Below, one piece after another: positions 1 through 7,559 of a stretch of DNA of 24,426 nucleotides. The position numbers and the translations under genes are program-made. Every line of letters begins with the position of its first letter. The stretch's first letter is position 1. The notes under the pieces were generated by a model that worked only from the letters and a program-made list of their open reading frames with translations, ran no database searches and was not told the DNA's origin. Source of the stretch: an uncultured Candidatus Saccharibacteria bacterium (lineage in GTDB: Bacteria > Patescibacteriota > UBA1384 > XYA2-FULL-43-10 > 1-14-0-10-43-13); assembly GCA_964526355.1 (NCBI GenBank), contig CAZGJE010000003.1, positions 1-24,426 on the forward strand, written 5' to 3'.

Positions 1-144
1 GCTTCTGTAGTTGGTAATATTATTATTGTAAGCAGTTCTTAGAGCTATATTGGAATCCTTAAGCTCAATAAAGACCAGCGGAATGCCATTTACATACAGC
101 AAAACATCAGGACGGCGATATTTTCTCTCTTCGATTTGAGCCAT
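1..144 (-). CDS. hsdR: Type I restriction enzyme R subunit (HsdR_N nuclease domain) fragment; runs off the left edge, 5' end apparently truncated
   Basis: Manual translation, not in the ORF track: MAQIEERKYRRPDVLLYVNGIPLVFIELKDSNIALRTAYNNNITNYRS, containing the HsdR RRPD..NGIPLVxIELK (PD-ExK) motif. The frame is closed upstream by TGA at 319-321. Confidence 0.7.
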   Translation of the reverse strand, partial: MAQIEERKYRRPDVLLYVNGIPLVFIELKDSNIALRTAYNNNITNYRS

Positions 145-510
145 GTGAAGTTGAAAAAGCACTGCTAATACCGACGGATGCGATAAATATTGAATCCAAT
201 ACTTGGTTTCCCGGATTGTTCGACGACAAACCTTCGCAGATTGCCTGTTTCCCATATGCTCAACACTTCGTCTCCGATAGTCCTGGCGCCTCAAGCAATC
301 TGAAAAATGAAGAGGAGCTCATCGCCGCCGACAATGCCCTCGATTTTGAAAACATCGCAGTCTTTTCGACAAAGTCCTTCAAGACTTCAATTATTGTGAG
401 CTCGATTTTTTCATTCGCGCTTACTCTTACCTTTCTGCTTCTCTGGCTGTTAAAATAGGTGCAGAAATTTACATAATCGCAACTAGGCTTTCTGAAATTG
501 TTTATCGAAC

Positions 511-546
511 ATAAAAAGATCCCTCATCAATGAGGGATCTTTTTAT
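511..546. terminator. Bidirectional intrinsic terminator
   Basis: Perfect 16-bp inverted repeat ATAAAAAGATCCCTCA-tcaa-TGAGGGATCTTTTTAT just past the stop of the minus-strand gene at 557. Confidence 0.85.
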
Positions 547-556
547 GAGAAAAGAC

Positions 557-1147
557 CTATTTTTTCTTAACCGTAATCTTCTGGGCTTTCTTCGGCTCGG
601 CTTTCGGTACCGTGATCGAGAGAATTCCGTTCTTCATTTCGGCTTCGGCTTTGTCTGCTGTCACAACGGCTGGCAAAGTGAAACTCCGCTCAAAACTGCC
701 GGTATGGCTCTCTTTGTAATAATAGCGCTCTTCGTTATCGGAATATTCGCCCGCAATCGTCATCACATTGTCCATGATTTCTATATTGATATCTTCCTCT
801 TTCATCCCTGGCAATTCCGCCCGGACAATAATCGCATCATTGGTATCTAGAATATCGATCCTTGGCATTAAATTTGTTGGATTCGGTGTGGCGAAACCGC
901 CTTCTGTCTCTTCAACCAAAACATTTTCGATCTCATGGCTAAATTCAAAAATTTCTTCGAAGGAGGTGTCGAAAAAATGGCAGAGAGATACTGCTAGTGG
1001 CAGAGAAGGCATTGAGCGGCCTTGCTCTAAAGAGATAATCGACTGGCGGGAAATACCGAGTTTGTCAGCCAATTCCTCCTGGGAGAGATCGCGCTTCTTG
1101 CGCCAATCCCTAATCCTTATTTCGATTGGAAAATCTTTGTCATCCAT
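557..1147 (-). CDS. XRE-family helix-turn-helix regulator fused to an Hsp20/alpha-crystallin domain
   Basis: N-terminus IRDWRKKRDLSQEELADKLGISRQSIISLEQGRSMPSL is a classic HTH_3. C-terminus PRIDI..AELPGMKEEDINIE..GSFERSFTLP..AEMKNGILSITVPK is a classic Hsp20. Confidence 0.92.
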   Translation of the reverse strand: MDDKDFPIEIRIRDWRKKRDLSQEELADKLGISRQSIISLEQGRSMPSLPLAVSLCHFFDTSFEEIFEFSHEIENVLVEETEGGFATPNPTNLMPRIDILDTNDAIIVRAELPGMKEEDINIEIMDNVMTIAGEYSDNEERYYYKESHTGSFERSFTLPAVVTADKAEAEMKNGILSITVPKAEPKKAQKITVKKK

Positions 1148-1153
1148 ACCATA

Positions 1154-1182
1154 AATGTAAAGTAGACTTTACATTATGTCAA
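1154..1182 (-). promoter_or_regulatory. Sigma70 promoter of the XRE-Hsp20 gene with an overlapping palindromic operator
   Basis: Minus strand TTGACA (1182-1177), 17 nt, TACATT (1159-1154), 6 nt, ATG. Perfect inverted repeat AATGTAAAG-taga-CTTTACATT at 1154-1175. Confidence 0.75.
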
Positions 1183-1292
1183 GGGCTGATGCCTTATCAG
1201 CCCGCAGATCCCTTCGAAGCGAGGTTTCGTATGCGAACCTGTAAGATTCGAAATGAACCTGAGCAAAGGGGGATCAACCCCCCTTCTTCGGC

Positions 1293-1327
1293 AAAAAGCC
1301 TACGGGTCATGGGGTGACCCGTAGGCT
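1293..1327 (-). terminator. Intrinsic terminator of the cyclophilin gene
   Basis: 13-bp perfect stem AGCCTACGGGTCA/TGACCCGTAGGCT with a U5 tract on the minus strand. Confidence 0.85.
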
Positions 1328-1349
1328 GCTGAGATCGATCTGACGCTTA

Positions 1350-1961
1350 TTATTTGAGATCTTCGATTGTGACTGAGTCCATTTTGTCACCGACGACGAT
1401 ATTCTTGACTACGTCCATACCGCTGGTCACCTGGCCGAAAAGGCTATAGCTCTTGGGCAGACCGGGCTGATCTTCGAGACAGATGAAGAACTGTGAGCCG
1501 TTGGTGTCTGGGCCAGAATTCGCCATCGCTACGGTGCCCGCTAGATAATCGCCAACGACTGGCTCATCTGGGAATTTGTAGCCTGGGCCACCGCTTCCCG
1601 TACCGGTCGGATCGCCACCCTGAATTACAAAACTCGGGACAACTCGGTGGAAAATAAGTCCATCGTAGTATTTCTGCTCGGCAAGATATACGAAGTTGCT
1701 CACTGTCTTGGGCGCTTTGTCTGAATAAAGTGTAAATTCTATGATGCCCTTTGCGGTCTTGATCACTGCCTTTTTGCTGGCAATTTGGCTCTGATCCAAA
1801 GTCCCAGGGAATTGGTACTTGCTCACTTCTTTCTCCTTATTTTCATTAGTTGTTTGTTGTTTGCTATTGTCATTGACAGGCGCGACAGTTTTCTTGGGCC
1901 AGAGAAAATATCCTCCGATTAGGATGACGATGACGACTGAAAAAAAGATAAAGTTCTTCAT
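1350..1961 (-). CDS. Cyclophilin-type peptidyl-prolyl cis-trans isomerase with N-terminal membrane anchor
   Basis: YYDGLIFHRVVPSFVIQGGDPTGTGSGGPGY, VAMANSGPDTNGSQFFI. Start reassigned to MKNFIFF (1961), which begins a hydrophobic anchor. Confidence 0.93.
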   Translation of the reverse strand: MKNFIFFSVVIVILIGGYFLWPKKTVAPVNDNSKQQTTNENKEKEVSKYQFPGTLDQSQIASKKAVIKTAKGIIEFTLYSDKAPKTVSNFVYLAEQKYYDGLIFHRVVPSFVIQGGDPTGTGSGGPGYKFPDEPVVGDYLAGTVAMANSGPDTNGSQFFICLEDQPGLPKSYSLFGQVTSGMDVVKNIVVGDKMDSVTIEDLK

Positions 1962-2042
1962 ACGATGGCTTTCGTTACTTTCTTTTGCCCACTCATAATA
2001 ATGGAAGTCCGAAAGGTTAGTCAATGCCAAATCCCTCTCTGA

Positions 2043-2071
2043 TTGACAACAAGGCTCAATTTTGTTATTAT
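2043..2071 (+). promoter_or_regulatory. Sigma70 promoter of typA
   Basis: TTGACA-17nt-TATTAT. Confidence 0.65.
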
Positions 2072-2116
2072 AAATTAACACTATTAACTACAATCCCGAG
2101 GGGATTTTTTATTTCC

Positions 2117-3952
2117 ATGAAAAACAATACCATCAGAAACGTCGCTATTATCGCCCACGTTGATCACGGCAAAACTACTCTTGTCGACGGATTTTTGAAG
2201 CAATCCAAGACTTTCCGCGAAAATGAAGCTGAAATGGGTCAGGAACTGATCATGGACTCCAACGATCAGGAACGCGAACGCGGTATCACTATCCTAGCCA
2301 AAAACACTGCCATCAATTATAAAGGTGTCAAAATCAATATCATCGACACTCCTGGCCACGCTGATTTTGGCGGCGAAGTTGAGAGAACACTTAATATGGC
2401 AGATGGCGCCGTCTTAGTTATCGATGCCCAAGAGGGCCCGATGCCTCAGACCAAATTTGTGTTGAAGAAAGCACTCGAGCTTGGCCTCAAAGTGATCGTG
2501 ATTATCAACAAAATTGACAAAGCAAACGCTGATATTCCTGCCACCATCGATAAGACATATGACCTTTTCCTCGAGATGGCGACCAAGGATGAACAGCTTG
2601 ATTTTCCAATTTTCTACGCTATCGGACGTGAAGGTAAGGCTTGGGCAGAGTTGCCAGACGATGAAAGTCAGCCAGCTGATCTCTCCCCTATCCTAGACGC
2701 TATCGTCGAATCAATTCCTGCTCCAGAGGGCGATAACGAGGGTGGCTTCCAGATGGTCATCTCAGCCCTAGCGCAGGACAGCTTCATCGGCAAATACTCG
2801 ATCGGCCGCATTACTCGCGGAATTGCCAAGACAAATATGCCAGTAGTATTGATCAACGAAAATGGCATCATCGAGAGTGGCCGAATGGAAAAAATCTATG
2901 TAAATTCTGGACTCAAAAAAGTCGAGGTAACTGAAGCGACCGCAGGAGACATTATCTCTGTAGCCGGACTTGCCAAAGCTACGATCGGCTATACTATCGC
3001 TGACAAGGAAAATCCAGAAGCACTCCCATCTATCGAGATCGAAGAGCCAACGCTCTCAATCTCAATGTACGCCAACACCTCCCCATTTGCTGGGAGAGAA
3101 GGTAAATTTGTAACTGCTCGCCAACTTCTTGATCGAATTCAGAGAGAATTGGAGACAAATATTTCGATGAAATATCGACTTGGCGACGACAGTACTTACA
3201 TCGTCTCTGGCCGTGGTGAGCTCCACCTCTCAGTCTTTATCGAGACCCTTCGTCGTGAAGGATTCGAACTTCAGGTCGGCAAACCACAGGTAATTACGAA
3301 AATAATTGACGGTACAGTTTGTGAGCCTGTAGAAGAGTTGACCGTCGACGTACAAAATGATTTCACAAGCTCTGTCATCAGCGAAATTTCTCAACGTCGT
3401 GGCATCCTCCACAATCAAATGGAAAACGCCGATGGCACCACAAGACTTGTGTTTGAGATTACCACTCGTGGCACACTCGGACTTCGCAATACATTACTCA
3501 CCCTTTCCAAAGGCACAGCGATTACAAATACTATGTTCCTCCGTCACCAACCAATCGGAGCCAAGATTCCAAAGATGAGAAACGGCGTCCTGATAGCCTA
3601 CTCGGCCGGTAAAGCTGTAAGTTTTGGACTCAATATCGCTCAGCAACGTGGCACGACCTTCATCCATCCAAATACTGAAGTTTATGAAGGTATGATCGTC
3701 GGGCAGAATCAACGCGAAGACGACCTCGAGATCAATGTGACCAAAGAAAAACAATTGACCAATATGCGCGCCTCTAGCGCTGATGCAATCACAGTACTGA
3801 CTCCTCCGACCATCTTCTCCCTCGAGCAATGTATCGACTTCCTAGAAGACGATGAGCTTCTCGAGGTAACACCCAAAAGCCTACGCCTCCGCAAGAAACA
3901 CTTGGATGCGAACAGCAGAAACAAGGCCAGAAAATCTGCAGGCCAGTCCTAA
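2117..3952 (+). CDS. typA: Translational GTPase TypA/BipA
   Basis: [62 protein letters not shown]-terminal [25 protein letters not shown]. Start reassigned to ATG 2117. Confidence 0.97.
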   Translation: MKNNTIRNVAIIAHVDHGKTTLVDGFLKQSKTFRENEAEMGQELIMDSNDQERERGITILAKNTAINYKGVKINIIDTPGHADFGGEVERTLNMADGAVLVIDAQEGPMPQTKFVLKKALELGLKVIVIINKIDKANADIPATIDKTYDLFLEMATKDEQLDFPIFYAIGREGKAWAELPDDESQPADLSPILDAIVESIPAPEGDNEGGFQMVISALAQDSFIGKYSIGRITRGIAKTNMPVVLINENGIIESGRMEKIYVNSGLKKVEVTEATAGDIISVAGLAKATIGYTIADKENPEALPSIEIEEPTLSISMYANTSPFAGREGKFVTARQLLDRIQRELETNISMKYRLGDDSTYIVSGRGELHLSVFIETLRREGFELQVGKPQVITKIIDGTVCEPVEELTVDVQNDFTSSVISEISQRRGILHNQMENADGTTRLVFEITTRGTLGLRNTLLTLSKGTAITNTMFLRHQPIGAKIPKMRNGVLIAYSAGKAVSFGLNIAQQRGTTFIHPNTEVYEGMIVGQNQREDDLEINVTKEKQLTNMRASSADAITVLTPPTIFSLEQCIDFLEDDELLEVTPKSLRLRKKHLDANSRNKARKSAGQS

Positions 3953-3963
3953 CAAAATACTTT

Positions 3964-3998
3964 ATAAAAAATGGAGCCCAGTGGGCTCCATTTTTTAT
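3964..3998. terminator. Bidirectional terminator between typA and the small CxxC gene
   Basis: ATAAAAAATGGAGCCCA-g-TGGGCTCCATTTTTTAT inverted repeat. Confidence 0.85.
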
Positions 3999-4141
3999 TT
4001 CTTGACTGTTATCGAGGACATGCAATCTCTGCAATACCAAACTTTTTGAGTTTGTTTGACAATATTTCTACCGTCAGCACCCTTCTCAACGCAAAGCTTC
4101 TCTTTCTCAACCAAATTTCCGCTGCATCGAGGACAAATCAT
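3995..4141 (-). CDS. 48-aa putative zinc-ribbon protein (CxxC...CxxC), missed by the ORF track
   Basis: MICPRCSGNLVEKEKLCVEKGADGRNIVKQTQKVWYCRDCMSSITVKK*. Upstream TTGCTT-17-TACAAT promoter; the stop abuts the bidirectional terminator. Confidence 0.72.
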   Translation of the reverse strand: MICPRCSGNLVEKEKLCVEKGADGRNIVKQTQKVWYCRDCMSSITVKK

Positions 4142-4228
4142 TTGTTGTCTTTCTTTTAGTGACTCTTTATTGTATACTAATTTCTCGGATTAAGCAAGTT
4201 TTCTGGGCTATTTTTGAGCTCATAACGA

Positions 4229-4257
4229 TTGACAAAATACCAAATTTAGAGTATTAT
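4229..4257 (+). promoter_or_regulatory. Sigma70 promoter of ssrA
   Basis: TTGACA-17nt-TATTAT, about 85 nt upstream of the tmRNA 5' end. Confidence 0.7.
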
Positions 4258-4308
4258 TGATCTTGATTCAACCAATTGCTGACGGCTCGCTAAATAATTC
4301 AAAAAATC

Positions 4309-4338
4309 TTTTGACTTTTAACTTTCGACTTTTGACTT
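4309..4338. repeat. Heptamer tandem repeat (TTTTGAC)x4, imperfect
   Basis: TTTTGAC TTTTAAC TTTCGAC TTTTGAC TT immediately upstream of the tmRNA. Confidence 0.75.
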
Positions 4339-4343
4339 ATTTA

Positions 4344-4728
4344 GGGGGTGTATTAGCTTCGACAGCTGGAACATTGAAAACATATCGCAAGCAGGTAAGT
4401 CGGTCGCCTTAAAGCGCTGACAAATCCAAGTGCAAACTCACTTGTTAGCAAAGTAAAAGCTGCCTTCGGTAGCCTTAGCTTTGCGCCAGCTTTAGCTTAA
4501 TTGCTTTAGCCATACGTCCGAGGCTTTTCGACTTCGGGTCACGTGTGTAATATTCGAAATGCAGTTTTATCGGTTTTCAAGCGACTAAACGTAAGATTTA
4601 CTTGAGATAGGACAAAAGTTTCTTGGTGACTTTCCAAGCTTAGTCCGAATAAATTGAAGGTCACTACGCTTGTAGAAAATATGTTTCCAACCAGTTGGAC
4701 GCCGGTGCAACTCCGACCACCTCCACCA
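4344..4728 (+). ncRNA. ssrA: tmRNA (SsrA); tag ORF 4432-4500 ANSLVSKVKAAFGSLSFAPALA*
   Basis: 5' GGGGGTG pairs with 3' CACCTCC-ACCA with the G3.U alanine determinant. T-arm near the 3' end; resume codon GCA; tag ends ALA*. Confidence 0.95.
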
Positions 4729-4845
4729 AAAAATGAGCAGATTTATTCTGGTCTTTTTTTGTTGCATGCCATCTTCAGCCTTTACTCAGTTTGTTCGACT
4801 ATTATCTTATTGAGGTCGATAAGAAAATAATAAATAAGGAGAATT

Positions 4846-5310
4846 ATGAAGAATAAGAAAATTTTACTATCTGTAACCGCTCTGACACTGGCCGTAGCTG
4901 GCGCAGTCTGGTACGGCGGGAATAAGGTATTTGCAGCAAATGGTATGGGGCATGCCGCAGTGGTCTCGACATTATCAGAAAAGCTCGGAGTACCAGAGGA
5001 TAAGGTGACCGCGGCCTTCGACTCGATCGAATCAGAGAGACAAGCGACCAGAGTAGCAGAGCAGAAAACACAGCTCGATAAAGCCGTCTCAGCTGGTGTG
5101 ATTACGCAAGAGCAGGAAGATAAGCTGGTAGCAAAGCATGCTGAGCTGCAAGCGGCTCGAGAGAAAGAACGCACGGAGCTTGAGCAATGGTACACGGATA
5201 ACGGTATCGATCAGAGCAAGTTGTCTGAATATACCGGACGCGGAGGAATGGGTATGGGACAAGGTATGGGTAGAGGAATGGGCGGCCAAGGACATATGGG
5301 CGGAATCTAA
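4846..5310 (+). CDS. Secreted helical protein with Gly/Met-rich C-terminal tail
   Basis: RBS GGAGA, signal peptide ending VFA, coiled-coil-like core, tail GRGGMGMGQGMGRGMGGQGHMGG; followed by a terminator. Confidence 0.8.
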   Translation: MKNKKILLSVTALTLAVAGAVWYGGNKVFAANGMGHAAVVSTLSEKLGVPEDKVTAAFDSIESERQATRVAEQKTQLDKAVSAGVITQEQEDKLVAKHAELQAAREKERTELEQWYTDNGIDQSKLSEYTGRGGMGMGQGMGRGMGGQGHMGGI

Positions 5311-5321
5311 CAAGTAATACG

Positions 5322-5349
5322 AAACACCTCACATATGTGAGGTGTTTTT
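5322..5349 (+). terminator. Intrinsic terminator
   Basis: Palindrome AAACACCTCACATATGTGAGGTGTTT followed by T. Confidence 0.8.
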
Positions 5350-5533
5350 GTGATTCATACGAAATTTTGAAAAATCAGATGATTGTCCTGGATTAAAATC
5401 GGGTATTTTAGCGAAGGCAGTAGACTAATTTGTTAATTCAGAATTGTCCAATCTTAATATTTGTGTTATAGTACCGGCTATCCCGCCACCCTAGACCAGT
5501 GAGTCTATCGGTGACTTCAAGGCAGGTACGCAC

Positions 5534-6178
5534 ATGAAAAACCTATTTCTCGTCTGCGCGATTCTGATGATTGCGCTCTTCCTCAGTGGTTGCCCGAAGC
5601 AGAAGGCGTCTCAGCCAACCGAGCAGCCACCGACTGTCAGTCTCCCTGAACCCAAACCGGCGCCCAAAGCCGTTATGGTGCTCGGCGTAACCGCTTTCGA
5701 GGCCTGCTCGCCGCCCATCATGGGTGACATGTACAGCCGTGGCTATATCGGAGCGAGGGCTTATGCCAAAATTTCCAACGAAGGCGACGGAAACTACGTT
5801 TTCGACAAGTTGATCGAGGAATTCTACGACGGCTCTGATTTCGCCGGGAAGTCTGTTGTATTCTTCGAGGACAAGGTAACCTTGGAGGAGCACAGGGGCG
5901 AACAGATTATCGTTGGTAACTTCCTGGTCGAGGAAAAGATGAGGATTGGGGAGCGGCAATTCCGCGTGTTTTACGCCTGGAAACAGGATCCCGATTTGAG
6001 CTTGCAGGACAAGAAGGTGATAACCGTGAAACCAGGTTGCACTCTCGATTTCCCGATCAAGTGCGCCAACTCATACTTCGGTGAAGATCTGTCTGACCCC
6101 GACCTTCGAATCAAGGTCACTATCAAGTACAAGGGCGCAATTGTGGACTCGTTCCCCGTGCCTATCAATACGAACTGA
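5534..6178 (+). CDS. Putative lipoprotein, unknown function
   Basis: Lipobox LSG-C at residue 20 after a hydrophobic stretch, then a Pro-rich linker. Upstream TTGTCC..TG-TATAGT promoter and downstream terminator. Confidence 0.75.
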   Translation: MKNLFLVCAILMIALFLSGCPKQKASQPTEQPPTVSLPEPKPAPKAVMVLGVTAFEACSPPIMGDMYSRGYIGARAYAKISNEGDGNYVFDKLIEEFYDGSDFAGKSVVFFEDKVTLEEHRGEQIIVGNFLVEEKMRIGERQFRVFYAWKQDPDLSLQDKKVITVKPGCTLDFPIKCANSYFGEDLSDPDLRIKVTIKYKGAIVDSFPVPINTN

Positions 6179-6197
6179 ACCAAACCGTGATTTCGTT

Positions 6198-6226
6198 AGT
6201 CCGCCCCAGAGGCGGGCTTTTTATTT
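6198..6226 (+). terminator. Intrinsic terminator
   Basis: AGTCCGCC-ccaga-GGCGGGCT then TTTATTTT. Confidence 0.75.
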
Positions 6227-6281
6227 TCTTCTCTTGACTGTGATTGTCTATAGTGAGATAACGACCTCGGAGGGCACCATC

Positions 6282-6677
6282 ATGAACGCTCAAGAACTCC
6301 TGGACGATGGTTACCTGTACGAGGGTGACTATCCTTATCTTTCGCCTCAAGAGTGGCGGAAATGGGAAAAGCTGATCGAGTGCATCAAGCGAGATAGCGA
6401 TAAAACCGTCTGGAACTTTATCAGCAGGGCTGAGAGCAGCGCCCATCCATTCATGAGCGCTTCTTTACACCTGGACGCAATCGTCGAAATCTCGCCAAAG
6501 TACCAAGATTCATTCCCAAACGATCCGCTTGACAGCGGCTTCTTCGACAGAGTCCGAGGTTACTCCCAAATGCTGAGGGACGAGGATGACCTGACCGCGG
6601 GCTACGAGCATGTCATCCATGAACTCATCCTCGAGAACAAGCCAGGCTGGTGCGCGCTCTATTACAAGCACCAGTAG
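6282..6677 (+). CDS. Hypothetical acidic protein (131 aa)
   Basis: RBS GGAGGG upstream of ATG 6282; TTGACT-containing promoter region upstream and a terminator downstream. No motif recognised. Confidence 0.7.
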   Translation: MNAQELLDDGYLYEGDYPYLSPQEWRKWEKLIECIKRDSDKTVWNFISRAESSAHPFMSASLHLDAIVEISPKYQDSFPNDPLDSGFFDRVRGYSQMLRDEDDLTAGYEHVIHELILENKPGWCALYYKHQ

Positions 6678-6685
6678 CATCTACC

Positions 6686-6720
6686 TCCTCTCCTGATCCT
6701 TATCAGGGGAGGATTTTATT
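6686..6720. terminator. Intrinsic terminator between convergent genes
   Basis: TCCTCTCCTGAT-cctt-ATCAGGGGAGGA then TTTTATT. Confidence 0.75.
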
Positions 6721-6725
6721 CTTAC

Positions 6726-7409
6726 TTAATCTTTCTCGACACGAGGCCAAAAAGGGTTAAAGTTTGTTTTCGTATCATAATAATCCTCATGCTCGTGTCT
6801 CTTTAGAAAACCAACGATAGCATAGGTGATCGGGGTAAAAGCGACTTCGACAGCTGTTTTGAATAGATAATTGAATACGATAAGCTCATAAAGAAGTTCA
6901 CTTGGGAGCACTCCAGCGAAAGCGACGAGTATGAATATCGTACTGTCTAGAAGCTCACCGACCAAGGTCGAGCCGATGGTTCTGATCCAGAGCCATTTGC
7001 CCTTGGTCGCTATTTTGAGTTTGGCTAGAATGAAGGAATTGCTAAACTCCCCAACAAAATAGGCGATCAGACTAGCTAGCACGATCCTAGGAGCCTGGCC
7101 AAGGATCGTCATGTAAGCACCCTGGTTGTCCCAACCAGAGGCCGAAGGGAGAAGGCCAATGACGTAAAATGTCAGGCTCATCAATATCGCACTAGCAAAT
7201 CCAAGCCAAATAACTTTGCGAGATCGCCCATAGCCATATACTTCAGTTAGAATATCTCCGAAGATATAGGCGAGAGGGAAAAGTAGCGTGCCTCCGTCCA
7301 ACGACATGAATCCGACTTGTGCAATTTTGGTCGAGGCAATATTTGAGATTAGAAGCACTGCTACGAAAAAAACTGTAATAATATCTAAATATTTGAAATT
7401 TTTGGTCAT
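6726..7409 (-). CDS. yhhQ: Queuosine precursor transporter, YhhQ/DUF165 (VUT) family
   Basis: LLISNIASTK, GTLLFPLAYIFGDILTEVYGY, SLIAYFVGEFSN, RTIGSTLVGELLDS, DYYD..TNFNPF are family signatures. Confidence 0.9.
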   Translation of the reverse strand: MTKNFKYLDIITVFFVAVLLISNIASTKIAQVGFMSLDGGTLLFPLAYIFGDILTEVYGYGRSRKVIWLGFASAILMSLTFYVIGLLPSASGWDNQGAYMTILGQAPRIVLASLIAYFVGEFSNSFILAKLKIATKGKWLWIRTIGSTLVGELLDSTIFILVAFAGVLPSELLYELIVFNYLFKTAVEVAFTPITYAIVGFLKRHEHEDYYDTKTNFNPFWPRVEKD

Positions 7410-7491
7410 CTGATAATTTGATTAATTAATTTTGCCTTGAGAGTTTATCATAATTTGCACAATTTTCCTACTCATAAAGATAGAGAAATTA

Positions 7492-7527
7492 TTTACAATA
7501 TAGCTCTTTCGTGTTATTATCACGAAA
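7492..7527 (+). promoter_or_regulatory. plsX promoter with an inverted repeat bracketing the -10 box
   Basis: TTTACA-17nt-TATTAT (extended TG); TTTCGTG-ttattat-CACGAAA at 7507-7527. Confidence 0.6.
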
Positions 7528-7559
7528 TCTTACTGCATGCAAAACACAAGGGGGGTGTC

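Noticed and set aside
216-458. 80-aa plus-strand ORF
   Set aside because: TTG start without RBS and composition like an antisense shadow; cannot be supported, although the bidirectional terminator at 511-546 leaves it marginally possible.
1290-1345. Resemblance to c-di-GMP-I riboswitch (GCAAA.GCC..CGGGUC) or SRP helix 8 (GUCAG..AGCAGCC)
   Set aside because: Better explained by the perfect terminator stem; spacing and the GNRA loop required for either family are missing.
7410-7500. preQ1 riboswitch upstream of yhhQ
   Set aside because: No AGAGGUUCUAG-type stem-loop with A-rich tail found on the minus strand.
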